From Myxococcota bacterium (GTDB taxonomy: Bacteria > Myxococcota_A > UBA9160 > JAFDDA01), in the NCBI GenBank assembly GCA_965228475.1, contig OZ245817.1, positions 640,001 to 704,000 on the forward strand: DNA of 64,000 nt. Direction: 5' to 3'. The notes below the pieces were generated by a model that saw nothing but the letters and a program-made list of their open reading frames with translations, had not been told where the DNA came from and did not search any database. Positions 49,536-60,849 of this stretch are shown piece by piece; position 1 is the first letter of the stretch, and every line of letters begins with the position of its first letter. A program made the translations under genes and the position numbers.

Positions 49536-49853
49536 ATGAAGTGGACCCAGTGGAGCGGATTGTTGGTGGCCGGGCTGTTCGTGCCCGCCACGGTGATCGC
49601 CTGCTCGCCGCAGGACACGCACGAGGAATCGAGCGCCGTCCTCGAGGCGCCGGCGACGACCCTGGCGGATGCCGCCGAGGCCGCCGAGAAGAAGGCCGAG
49701 GAAGCCGCCGACGCCATGGAAGCGGCCGGCGAGCGGATCGAGCAGGCCGCCGAAGAGGCCGGTGAGGCCATCGAAGGCGCGGCGGACGAGGCGGCCGAAG
49801 CCGCCAAGGACGCCATGGACGAGACGCCCGACGTGGCGGCCCCGGCCTCCTAG
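49536..49853 (+). CDS. Small acidic Ala/Glu-rich lipoprotein
   Basis: Strong GGAGG RBS, lipobox-like VIAC, repetitive EAA helical tail. Confidence 0.75.
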   Translation: MKWTQWSGLLVAGLFVPATVIACSPQDTHEESSAVLEAPATTLADAAEAAEKKAEEAADAMEAAGERIEQAAEEAGEAIEGAADEAAEAAKDAMDETPDVAAPAS

Positions 49854-49932
49854 CCGACGTCCCATCCTCCAGTGCCGACGGACACGACGCGTTCCCCAGA
49901 GCCGCGGTCCCGTCGGGGTGCCCCTGGAGGAC

Positions 49933-49976
49933 GGCGAGCGCGGCGCCGGGATGTCGCCGCGCTCGCCCCATCTTTT
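49933..49976 (+). terminator. Putative intrinsic terminator
   Basis: 13-bp stem GGCGAGCGCGGCG / CGCCGCGCTCGCC followed by CCATCTTTT. Confidence 0.55.
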
Positions 49977-50160
49977 CCGCCCGGCCCTAGGGGGTTCGCC
50001 CGAGGCGCGGGCGGAGACCGGCCTGATCCCGGGGCCCTCTCGCTGGAGCTGCCGCTCCGCGAGGCCCCCGGATCCGGTTCCCCTGACTCAAGAAACCGCG
50101 CCCATCGGTCGAAACGACCCGTGGAACCCTGGACTTCCGAGCTGGAGACGCAGGCGCGCG

Positions 50161-51351
50161 ATGGCTTTCGACCTGAACGAGATCTTGAAGGTCGCCCTGA
50201 AGGGCGGCGCGTCGGACATCCACCTGAAGGCGGGCCTGCCGCCCATGTTCCGCGTGGACGGCATGCTCGTCCCGCTGAAGAACGGCGAGCGGCTGCCGCC
50301 CGGCGAGATCGAGAAGTGCGCCCTCGGGCTGATGAACCCGGTGCAGCGCGCGCGCTTCGACGAGTTCCACGAAGCGGACCTGGCCTACGGCCTGCCCGGC
50401 GCCGGGCGCTTCCGCGTGAACGTCTTCCAGCAGCGCGGCAGCATCGGCATCGTCTTCCGCGTGATCCCCTTCAACATCCAATCGATCGAGAACCTGCACC
50501 TGCCGAAGGTGGTCGAGTCGATCTCGATGGAGAATCGCGGCCTCATCCTGGTGACGGGAACGACCGGTTCGGGCAAGTCGACGACGCTTGCTTCCATGAT
50601 CAATCACATCAACATGAACCGGACGTGTCACATCATCACGATCGAGGACCCGATCGAGTTCCTGATCAAGGACCGCCGCTCGATCGTGAACCAGCGCGAG
50701 ATCGGCGTCGACACGAACACCTTCGCCCACGCCCTGCGCGCCGCCCTGCGCCAGGACCCGGACGTGATCCTCGTCGGCGAGATGCGCGATTTCGAGACCA
50801 TCGAGACGGCCATCACCGCCGCCGAGACCGGCCACCTCGTCATGTCGACGCTGCACACGCTCGACGCGGTCGAGACGATCAACCGCATCATCTCCGTCTT
50901 CCCGCCGCATCAGCAGAAGCAGATCCGGCTGCAGCTCGCCTCGATCCTGAAGGCCGTGATCTCCCAGCGCCTCGTGCCCCGCGCCGACGGCAAGGGCCGC
51001 GTGCCCGCCCTCGAGGTGCTCGTCACCACCGCCCGCGTGCGCGAGTGCATCGGCGACAAGGACCGCACGAAGGAGCTGCACGACGCCATCGCCAAGGGCT
51101 TCACGACCTACGGCATGCAGAGCTTCGACCAGTCGCTCATGCACCTGGTGAAGCAGGACCTCGTCACCTACGAAGAGGCCCTCAAGCACGTCTCGAACCC
51201 CGACGACTTCGCGCTGCGCTTCCGCGGCATCTCCTCCACCTCCGACGGCAGCTGGGACGACTTCGACAAGGAAGCCGGCGAAGAGGAGAAGGCCGAGGAG
51301 AAGGCTCCCGAGGGCGGCGGCGGCGACGAGTTCGAGATCGATCGCTTCTGA
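50161..51351 (+). CDS. pilT: Type IV pilus retraction ATPase, PilT/PilU family
   Basis: ASDIHL, GRFRVN, GTTGSGKSTT, TIEDPIEF, LRQDPDVILVGEMRD, ETGHLVMSTLHT. Confidence 0.92.
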   Translation: MAFDLNEILKVALKGGASDIHLKAGLPPMFRVDGMLVPLKNGERLPPGEIEKCALGLMNPVQRARFDEFHEADLAYGLPGAGRFRVNVFQQRGSIGIVFRVIPFNIQSIENLHLPKVVESISMENRGLILVTGTTGSGKSTTLASMINHINMNRTCHIITIEDPIEFLIKDRRSIVNQREIGVDTNTFAHALRAALRQDPDVILVGEMRDFETIETAITAAETGHLVMSTLHTLDAVETINRIISVFPPHQQKQIRLQLASILKAVISQRLVPRADGKGRVPALEVLVTTARVRECIGDKDRTKELHDAIAKGFTTYGMQSFDQSLMHLVKQDLVTYEEALKHVSNPDDFALRFRGISSTSDGSWDDFDKEAGEEEKAEEKAPEGGGGDEFEIDRF

Positions 51352-51419
51352 GTCCGAGACCGTTCCGACGCCGATGCGCCGCTTCTAGCGAGCCCGCTCC
51401 CGGGCGCTACGCTCTCACC

Positions 51420-51803
51420 ATGTTCCGGATTCCGGTCATCGCAGCCGTCCTGTTCGCGACGCTTCCCGCAGCGATCTGCGAAGCGGCCTGCACGCCGCCG
51501 GAGCCCGTGGCCCACGTGGCCTCGCTGCCCTGCCACGGCGCCCCGCCGATGGCAGAGCCGGAGCCCGGGCCGAGCCCGGCGCCCTCCAGCCACGATGCTG
51601 ACTGTCCGAGCTGCGCCCTCGACCTCGTCGTTTCCGGTGGGCCCGCCGGAGCGTCTTCTGCCCAGGCGGTCGCCGCGCTGACCCTTTCCACGCCCCAGAG
51701 CGCATCGCATGCGCTCGGAGCCGCTCGCGCCGTTCGCCCGGAACGTCCACCGGACCGGCTCCACTCTCCCTACGCCCGAAGCAACGCACCCCTCCTCCTC
51801 TGA
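51420..51803 (+). CDS. Putative DUF2946-like Cys/His metal-binding exported protein
   Basis: Signal-like N-terminus, CEAAC, CHG, HDADCPSC, late ERPP; TACGCT 6 nt before ATG. Confidence 0.55.
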   Translation: MFRIPVIAAVLFATLPAAICEAACTPPEPVAHVASLPCHGAPPMAEPEPGPSPAPSSHDADCPSCALDLVVSGGPAGASSAQAVAALTLSTPQSASHALGAARAVRPERPPDRLHSPYARSNAPLLL

Positions 51804-51879
51804 TCGCGGCCACGTCCGCCGAGCGGCTCCAGTCGCAGGCACCCGTGCGCCGACTCCACCGATCCATGAGGAGACTCCC

Positions 51880-52449
51880 ATGTTCCGAACGCTTCTATTG
51901 GCGATCGCCCTGGCGGCGGTCCCGTTTGCATCGGCCGCGTCCGACGACGACGGTCACGACCACGCTTCACCTGCGACCCACGAAACCCCCGTCCACGCCG
52001 AAGCCGGCGAGGTGGTGGTGGCCGTGAAGGGCCTCGTCTGTTCCTTCTGCGCCGTTGGCCTCGGCAAGCGCCTCGGCGAGCTCCCGGAGCTCGACCGCTC
52101 GCGCCACAACAAGGGCCTGCTCGTCGACGTCGACGCAGGGCTCGTACGCTTCGCGCTGCTCGAGGGGCAGCCTGCGCCCTTCCGGGCGATTGCCCGCGGC
52201 GTGAAGCGCGCCGGCTACGAAGCAAAGCGCTTCCACCTGCTCGTGGAGGGAAGCGCGTCGGAAGGCGGCGGCTTCGAGAGCGTCGTGCCGCCCCAGCGGT
52301 TCGTGCTGGCCGCCGCGCCTCCGCAGCCGCAGCCAGGTTCGTCGCTGCAGCTGAGGGTCGAGGCGGCGGACGTGGCAGAGCTCGACGACGGCGCCCCGGT
52401 GCCGGCGACCCCCGAGCCCCGAGCGGCGGCCCCCGATGCGAGGCCGTAG
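51880..52449 (+). CDS. Periplasmic heavy-metal-associated (HMA) domain protein
   Basis: Signal peptide, His-rich DGHDH, GLVCSFC metal motif, VKRAGY. Confidence 0.8.
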   Translation: MFRTLLLAIALAAVPFASAASDDDGHDHASPATHETPVHAEAGEVVVAVKGLVCSFCAVGLGKRLGELPELDRSRHNKGLLVDVDAGLVRFALLEGQPAPFRAIARGVKRAGYEAKRFHLLVEGSASEGGGFESVVPPQRFVLAAAPPQPQPGSSLQLRVEAADVAELDDGAPVPATPEPRAAAPDARP

Positions 52450-53320
52450 CCGGGTCCTGCTCCGGAACCTCGTCGCGATCGCCGGGCTGCTCGCCGCCGC
52501 CGCCGCCCAGGCGCACCAGCCCGTGATGGACATGGCGCCGCGCTGGGAGGACGGGTTCGGCATCCAGGTGCGTCACGAGTATCGCACGAGCGACACCCTG
52601 CTCGACGGCGACGACGAGGTCTCGAACCCCCTCGACCGCGAGCGCACCATCCACACGACCTGGGTCGAAGCGGTCTACACCCTACAGCGGGAGGTTCGCT
52701 TCACCCTGAAGGTGCCGATCCTCGACCAGGAGCGGATCTCGAACGTCGGAGGGCAAGCGGTGCGAACGCGCGGCACGGGCCTCGGGGACGTGATCCTCGC
52801 GATGCCGCTCAAGAAGTACTGGAACCTCGAAGGCTGGACGGCGAACCTCGGCCTCACTCCGAGTGTTCGTCTGCCGACCGGCTCCACGGCGGATCGCTTC
52901 CCGACCGGCGACGGCAGCGTCGACGGCGCCCTGGGCCTGTCCTTCGCGGCCGAGTCCTTCCGGTACTACATGTTGGCCGACCTCTTCTACTGGAGGAACG
53001 GCCGCGGTGGCCGGGGCATCCACCGGGGCGATCAGCTCGGCTTCGACCTGAACCTGGGCCTCCACCCCTGGCATCGCAACGCCGACAACGCCGGGGTCTT
53101 CGTGATGCTCGACTTCGAGGCCCGCCGGGAAGCCCGCGGTCGAGACGACACGGCTTCCCGGCTCGGTGGCGAGCGCGTGAGCGCCGGGCCGATCCTGGTC
53201 GGCTACCGCGGCAACTGGATGGCCCGGGCCGAGGTGAAGTTCCAGGTCTGGGAGCGCGTCCGGGGTGTGCAGGTGAGCCACGGGACGCACTTCAACGTCG
53301 GGATCGGCGTGACGTTCTAG
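52436..53320 (+). CDS. Putative outer-membrane beta-barrel transporter
   Basis: Signal peptide then HQPVMDMAPRW, GLGD and LPTG motifs, alternating beta pattern, terminal GVTF. Confidence 0.7.
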   Translation: MRGRSRVLLRNLVAIAGLLAAAAAQAHQPVMDMAPRWEDGFGIQVRHEYRTSDTLLDGDDEVSNPLDRERTIHTTWVEAVYTLQREVRFTLKVPILDQERISNVGGQAVRTRGTGLGDVILAMPLKKYWNLEGWTANLGLTPSVRLPTGSTADRFPTGDGSVDGALGLSFAAESFRYYMLADLFYWRNGRGGRGIHRGDQLGFDLNLGLHPWHRNADNAGVFVMLDFEARREARGRDDTASRLGGERVSAGPILVGYRGNWMARAEVKFQVWERVRGVQVSHGTHFNVGIGVTF

Positions 53321-53429
53321 GTGCGGAGGCCGGCGGCTCCCGGGGCATGCCCTGGGCAGCCGCCGGCCGGTTCGTCTTGTATATTCGCACCCTTACGGGC
53401 CTGCACGGCCCCGTGGAGGTTCGAGCATC

Positions 53430-56066
53430 GTGAGCGGCCCGACGAGCGGCAAAGAGATCCGGGAGGCGTTCCTCGCCTACTTCGAGCGCAACGGCCACCG
53501 GCGCGTGGCGAGCTCGTCGCTCATCCCCCAGGCCGATCCGACCCTGCTGTTCACCAACGCGGGCATGGTCCAGTTCAAGCGCGTCTTCCTCGGCGAGGAG
53601 TCGCGCGACTACGCGCGCGCGACGACCTCCCAGAAGGTCATGCGCGTCTCCGGAAAGCACAACGATCTCGAGAACGTCGGGCGCACGCCGCGGCACCACA
53701 CTTTCTTCGAGATGCTCGGAAACTTCTCCTTCGGCGACTACTTCAAGCAGGAGGCGATCGACTTCGCCTGGGAGCTGGTGACGGAGGGGTTCGCGCTCGA
53801 TCCGGCCCGCCTGGCGGTGAGCGTCTTCGAGGAGGACGACGAGGCCTTCGACCTCTGGCGCAACCGCATCGGCCTGCCCGAAGAGAAGGTCTACCGGCTC
53901 GGTGCCGAGGAGAACTTCTGGTCGATGGGCGACACCGGCCCGTGTGGGCCCTGCACCGAGATCCACATGGACTTCGGCCGCCCGGCGAGCTGCACCAACG
54001 ACGCCTGCGACCCCTCCTGCGACTGCGGGCGCTGGCTCGAGTTCTGGAACCTCGTCTTCATGCAGTTCAACCGCGACGCGAGCGGGGAGAAGGCGCCGCT
54101 GCCGAAGCCCTCGGTGGATACCGGCCTCGGCCTCGAGCGCATCGCGCAGATCCTCCAGGGCGCCTCGACGAACTACGAGACGGACCTCTTCACGCCGATC
54201 CTCACCCGCATCCAGGACGTCGCGGGCAAGCGGCTCGGCGAAGACCCGGAGCTCGACGTCTCCATGCGCATCGTCGCGGACCACGCGCGGGCCTGCACCT
54301 TCCTGATCGGCGACGGCGTGCTGCCCTCGAACGAAGGCCGCGGCTACGTGCTGCGCCGCATCCTGCGCCGCGCGGCGCGCCAGGGCGCTGCCCTCGATCT
54401 CGACCGGCCGTTCCTCTACGAAGTCGCGGACACCGTCGTCGACGAGATGGAAGGCGCCTACCCGGACCTCTCCGAGCGCCGCGCCTACATCACCGGCCGC
54501 ATCCGCAGCGAGGAGGAGCGCTTCCTCGAGACCCTGTGGAAGGGGCTCTCGCTGCTCGAAGACGAGATCCAGGGGCTCGGCGGCGAGCGACAGCTGCCGG
54601 GCGAGGTGGTCTTCAAGCTCTACGACACCTACGGCTTCCCGCTCGACCTGACCGAGGACATCCTCTCGGGGAAGGGGCTCTCTCTCGACCGGGCCGGCTT
54701 CCAGGAGGCGATGGAGGCCCAGCGCGCCCGCGCGCGGGCGGCCTGGAAGGGCAGCGGCGACACGCGAATCGACGAAGTCTACGGCGAGCTCGCCGGCGAG
54801 TTCGCGACCGCCTTCCGCGGATACGAGACCCTCGACGCCGCCTCGACCGTGCGCGCGCTCGTGGTCGGCGGCGCCCGCGCGGAGCGCGCGGAAGCGGGCG
54901 GCGAAGTCTCGATCGTCGTCGACGAGACCCCCTTCTACGCCGAGAGCGGCGGCCAGGTCGGCGACCGCGGCACGCTCACGACGCCGGGCGGCCGTGTCGA
55001 GATCCAGGACACCCAGCGTCCGACGGGCGACCTCGTCGTGCACGTCGGCAAGGTCGTCGAGGGGAGCATCGCCGTCGGCGAGCTCGCCGAGCTCACCGTC
55101 GACGGCGAAGCGCGCGGCGCCACCGTGCGAAACCACTCGGGCACCCACATCCTGCACGCGGCCCTGCGCGCGGTGCTCGGCCCCCAGGCGATGCAGAAGG
55201 GCTCGCTCGTCTCCCCCGAGCGCCTGCGCTTCGACTTCACCCACGACCAGCCGCTCACCGAGACGGAGCTGCGCCAGATCGAAGACCTCGCCAACCGCTG
55301 GATCGAAGAGAACCACGCCGCCGAGGTGCGCTTCCTGAGCTACGACGAAGCGGTCCAGAGCGGTGCCATCGCCCTGTTCGAGGAGAAGTACGGCGACGTC
55401 GTGCGCGTCGTGTCCTTCGGGCCGTCGACGGAGCTCTGCGGCGGCACCCACGCCGGCGCGAGCGGCGACATCGGCTTCCTGAAGGTGTTCTCCGAGACGG
55501 GCATCGCCGCCGGCGTGCGCCGGATCGAGGCGGTGACGGGCCTCGGGGCCCTGGCCCACGTTCGCGGCCAGGAGGATCTCCTGCGCGAGACCGCGAGCTT
55601 CCTGCGCGCGCCCGTCGCGGAGATCCCGACGCGCGTCGAGAAGCTGCTCGAAGAAAAGCGCCAGCTCGAGCGCGAGCTCGAAGCCGTGCGCGCCGAGAGC
55701 CGGGGCGCCGCTTCGGGCGAACTCGTCGAGCAGGCCCGCGAACTCGCCGGCGTGAAGGTCCTGGCCACGCGCTTCGACGACGTCAACCCGAAGGAGCTGC
55801 GCAACCTCGTCGACGACCTGCGCGGCCGCCTCGGGTCCGGCATCGTGCTCGTCGCGGCGCCCTCGGGCGGCAAGGTCCCGATCGCCCTCGGCATCACCCA
55901 GGACCTCGTCGGCCGCTTCAAGGCGGGCGACCTGATCCGCGAGGTCGCCGGCGTGCTCGGCGGGAAGGGCGGGGGCCGGCCCGATTTCGCCCAGGCCGGC
56001 GGCACCGACGTCGCCAAGCTCGACGAGGCCTTCGAGCGCCTCTACGCCCTCGTCGAGGGCGCCTAG
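53430..56066 (+). CDS. alaS: Alanine--tRNA ligase
   Basis: DPTLLFTNAGM, HHTFFEMLGNFSFGDYFK, GPCGPC, NHSGTH, ELCGGTH, GGKGGG. Confidence 0.98.
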   Translation: MSGPTSGKEIREAFLAYFERNGHRRVASSSLIPQADPTLLFTNAGMVQFKRVFLGEESRDYARATTSQKVMRVSGKHNDLENVGRTPRHHTFFEMLGNFSFGDYFKQEAIDFAWELVTEGFALDPARLAVSVFEEDDEAFDLWRNRIGLPEEKVYRLGAEENFWSMGDTGPCGPCTEIHMDFGRPASCTNDACDPSCDCGRWLEFWNLVFMQFNRDASGEKAPLPKPSVDTGLGLERIAQILQGASTNYETDLFTPILTRIQDVAGKRLGEDPELDVSMRIVADHARACTFLIGDGVLPSNEGRGYVLRRILRRAARQGAALDLDRPFLYEVADTVVDEMEGAYPDLSERRAYITGRIRSEEERFLETLWKGLSLLEDEIQGLGGERQLPGEVVFKLYDTYGFPLDLTEDILSGKGLSLDRAGFQEAMEAQRARARAAWKGSGDTRIDEVYGELAGEFATAFRGYETLDAASTVRALVVGGARAERAEAGGEVSIVVDETPFYAESGGQVGDRGTLTTPGGRVEIQDTQRPTGDLVVHVGKVVEGSIAVGELAELTVDGEARGATVRNHSGTHILHAALRAVLGPQAMQKGSLVSPERLRFDFTHDQPLTETELRQIEDLANRWIEENHAAEVRFLSYDEAVQSGAIALFEEKYGDVVRVVSFGPSTELCGGTHAGASGDIGFLKVFSETGIAAGVRRIEAVTGLGALAHVRGQEDLLRETASFLRAPVAEIPTRVEKLLEEKRQLERELEAVRAESRGAASGELVEQARELAGVKVLATRFDDVNPKELRNLVDDLRGRLGSGIVLVAAPSGGKVPIALGITQDLVGRFKAGDLIREVAGVLGGKGGGRPDFAQAGGTDVAKLDEAFERLYALVEGA

Positions 56067-56070
56067 CGCG

Positions 56071-58050
<1,980 letters not shown>

Positions 58051-58077
58051 CGCGGGCGACGCGCCCGCGGCCCAGGC

Positions 58078-58581
58078 TCAGCGCGGCGGCGGCGCGGCGA
58101 CGTCGGCTCCGCCCGCCGCGCGGCGGGCTTCGTCGAGGGCGGCCAGGGCCTGGGAATCCGCGAAGACCGCGTGGTCGCGCCCCACGAGCGCGGTCCCGAG
58201 CCAGAGCAGGAGCCCCGCCACGAGCAGCCCCTCGGCCGTGCCGAGGATGCCCCCGCCGAGCCGGTCCGCCCAGCCGAGGCCCACCGCCCGCACGCCCTTG
58301 CGCAGCATGCGCCCGGCGAAGCCGACGCACACCATCACCGCCACGACCAGCAGGACGGCCGCGGTGACCTTCAGCGCGAAGGGACTCCAATCCAGGCTGA
58401 ACTCGAGGGCGAGGCGCTCGGCCAGCGGGTCCATGAAGACGCGGACGGCGATCACCGCGCCGGCCAGGGCCGCGATCGAGAAGGACTCCCGGATCAGGCC
58501 GAGGAACAGGCCGCGCAGGAGTGCGATGGCCAGCACCGCCACCACGACCACGTCCACCGCTGAAAGCCCGCTCTCGCTCAC
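58078..58581 (-). CDS. cvpA: CvpA family membrane protein
   Basis: RGLFLGLIRE, DRLGGGILG. Confidence 0.88.
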   Translation of the reverse strand: MSESGLSAVDVVVVAVLAIALLRGLFLGLIRESFSIAALAGAVIAVRVFMDPLAERLALEFSLDWSPFALKVTAAVLLVVAVMVCVGFAGRMLRKGVRAVGLGWADRLGGGILGTAEGLLVAGLLLWLGTALVGRDHAVFADSQALAALDEARRAAGGADVAAPPPR

Positions 58582-58654
58582 GGCAGCATTCTAGTAAACG
58601 GGGCCGCCGGATGTCCCGGCGGCCCCGTCGTAGGTTCGATGTGCGGTTTCGCGG

Positions 58655-59449
58655 CTAGTTCGCGGCGGGCACGAACTCCCGAGCCGCCTCGGCGAACTCG
58701 GTGCCGTCGTAGTTGTTCAGGATCACCTCGAAGATGCGCGTGGCCTCGCTGTCGAGGTTCATCTTCGAGTAGCAGGTGCCGAGCTTGTAGAGCGCCTGCC
58801 CGTCGAGCCCGAGGCCCGGGAAGTCGTTCAGCACCTTGCGGAAGCGGTCGGCCGCGGACTGGAACTCTTCGCGATCCATGTAGAAGTCGCCGACGCCCAT
58901 CTCGTGCTCGGCGAGCCGCATGCGCATCTCGCGCCAGAGAACCTCGGCCTCCTGGGCCTCCGGCGAGTACGGGTAACGCGCGAGCAGCTGCTCGAGGTGC
59001 TCGAGGGCGTTGTGCGTGTTCGTCTGGTCGCGGTTCGAGGCGAGAGCCTGGTGCTTGCGGCAGAGCGCCGAGCGCAGCACCGAGTAGGGGACTCGCTCGT
59101 GGGAGGGGTGGAGCTCCGCGAAGTCGCGGTAGTAGGAGAGCGCCTCTTCCCACTTGCCCTGGTCGTAGTAGGTGTCGGCGATCTTCAGCTCGGCGAGCAC
59201 CGCGTAGTCGCTGTAGGGGTAGTTGTCGACGATGGTCTGGAAGATCTCGATGGCCTGCTCGTGGTCGGCCTTCGGGATGACGCCGAGCATCTTGCCGTCT
59301 TCGAGGGCTTCGATGCCCTGGCGGTAGAGCACGTCGGCCGTGGGGACTTCCTGGAACTCCGCGGCGTTGTCGGCGCAGCCGGCCGAGAGGGTGAGCGCCA
59401 GCGTGGCTGCGGCAACCCGGAGGGCGGTTCGGAAATGCCCCTTTACCAT
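58655..59449 (-). CDS. bamD: Outer membrane protein assembly factor BamD
   Basis: Lipobox SAGC, YPYSDYA..AELKIAD, RDQT, LAEHEMGVGDFY. Confidence 0.9.
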   Translation of the reverse strand: MVKGHFRTALRVAAATLALTLSAGCADNAAEFQEVPTADVLYRQGIEALEDGKMLGVIPKADHEQAIEIFQTIVDNYPYSDYAVLAELKIADTYYDQGKWEEALSYYRDFAELHPSHERVPYSVLRSALCRKHQALASNRDQTNTHNALEHLEQLLARYPYSPEAQEAEVLWREMRMRLAEHEMGVGDFYMDREEFQSAADRFRKVLNDFPGLGLDGQALYKLGTCYSKMNLDSEATRIFEVILNNYDGTEFAEAAREFVPAAN

Positions 59450-59708
59450 GGTGTCTCCCTTCAGAAACGGCGCCCGCGGCGAGCGGGAACCCAAGCCCAC
59501 ATGAAAGACCACGAGGGCCTCGAAAGCAAGCGAAAACGCTATCGAAACGCCCGACTTGCCGCCAACTCTGCTACGTTCCGCGCAAGCTCCCGGGCGGCCT
59601 CCGCCCGACGTGCCAGGAACCGCCCGGCGCCGGCTCGAGCGGGCCCGATCCGGGTGGCCCTGACGGGTCCGGGCGCCGGACCAACGAAGAATCGAGGGGG
59701 ACTCTCGC

Positions 59709-59897
59709 ATGATCGACCGCCACATCCGCGACTTGAGGCTCGACCGCCGGCTGCTCGACCGCCGTGGGTGGATCTCCGCCCACGATCTCGAGGAGGCGCT
59801 CTCCTCGCTCCCCGACGTGGCGGACAAGGGCGAGCTGGTGACCGACGAGGAGGCGTCCGCCCGCCCGGCCTCGAGCGACCCCCTCGCCACGCTCTGA
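59709..59897 (+). CDS. Small hypothetical protein
   Basis: [39 protein letters not shown] helical pattern; host-like codons. Confidence 0.6.
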   Translation: MIDRHIRDLRLDRRLLDRRGWISAHDLEEALSSLPDVADKGELVTDEEASARPASSDPLATL

Positions 59898-59938
59898 GCG
59901 AGCGAGCTTTCTGACCCCAGGCACTGGAGGCACCCGCC

Positions 59939-60568
59939 GTGCTGAAGGCCAAGATCGGCAAGGCCGTCGACCCGGCGGTCCGCAAAGTCTTCCCCTTCCT
60001 GTTCAAGCGGCCCATCAACCCGAACCTGCTGACGGTCGTGGGGACGGTGATCTGCATGGCGTCGGCGGTGGCCTTCGCCTTCGACCCGTTCTGGGGCGCG
60101 GTCATCCTGTGCCTGGGCGGGCTGTTCGACCTCGTCGACGGCGTCGTGGCCCGGCACCACGGGACCGAGTCGAACTACGGCGCCTGGCTCGATTCCACCC
60201 TCGACCGCCTCGTCGACATGACGATCCTGCTCGGGCTGCTGATGTTCTACGCCCGGGCCGGAGAGCCCGGCCTCGTGCTGCTGGTCGGCTGGGTGCTCGT
60301 GGCGAGCGTGATGGTCTCTTACGCCAAGGCCCGCGCCGAGCGCTTCGTCGAGCGCTTCGAGGGCGGCATCATGGAGCGGGCCGAGCGCATGGGCCTCGTG
60401 GCCCTGGGCGCGCTCACGGGCTTCCTCCAGCCGCTCCTGTGGGTCGTGGCCATCGGGTCGACGATCACCGTCATCCAGCGCTTCGGCCTCGCCTACCGCC
60501 TGATGAACGCCCTCGAGAGGGGGCCGGAGGGCTCCGTCGGCGACCAGCCGACCACGAGCGTTTCCTGA
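59939..60568 (+). CDS. CDP-alcohol phosphatidyltransferase (PIP-synthase-like)
   Basis: PNLLT, DLVDGVVAR...GAWLDSTLDRLVD, SYAKARAE, GIMERAER. Confidence 0.88.
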   Translation: MLKAKIGKAVDPAVRKVFPFLFKRPINPNLLTVVGTVICMASAVAFAFDPFWGAVILCLGGLFDLVDGVVARHHGTESNYGAWLDSTLDRLVDMTILLGLLMFYARAGEPGLVLLVGWVLVASVMVSYAKARAERFVERFEGGIMERAERMGLVALGALTGFLQPLLWVVAIGSTITVIQRFGLAYRLMNALERGPEGSVGDQPTTSVS

Positions 60569-60576
60569 GGCGCGCG

Positions 60577-60849
60577 ATGGCCGACCCGACGCTGCCCAAG
60601 ATCGATTTCTCGACCTTCATCCTCTCGCTCTCGACCTCGGCGCTCTACCACCTCGGCCTGGCCGAGGATCCGGCGACCGGCGAGAAGGGCGAGACGGACC
60701 TGCCCCTCGCGAGCCAGGTGATCGACACCCTCTCCCTGCTCCAGGAGAAGACCCGAGGCAACCTCGATCCCGAGGAGGAGCGCCTGCTCACGAGCCTGCT
60801 CTACGACCTGCGCATGCGCTACGTCGAAGTGGGGCAGGCGAAGTCCTAG
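60577..60849 (+). CDS. DUF1844 family protein
   Basis: IDFSTFILSL, IDTLSLLQEKTRGNL..EE..LL..LLYDLRMRYV. Confidence 0.85.
   Translation: MADPTLPKIDFSTFILSLSTSALYHLGLAEDPATGEKGETDLPLASQVIDTLSLLQEKTRGNLDPEEERLLTSLLYDLRMRYVEVGQAKS

Noticed and set aside
49928..49939. 12-mer AGGACGGCGAGC shared with 2168-2179
   Set aside because: A match this short is plausible by chance in GC-rich DNA; the flanks do not align.
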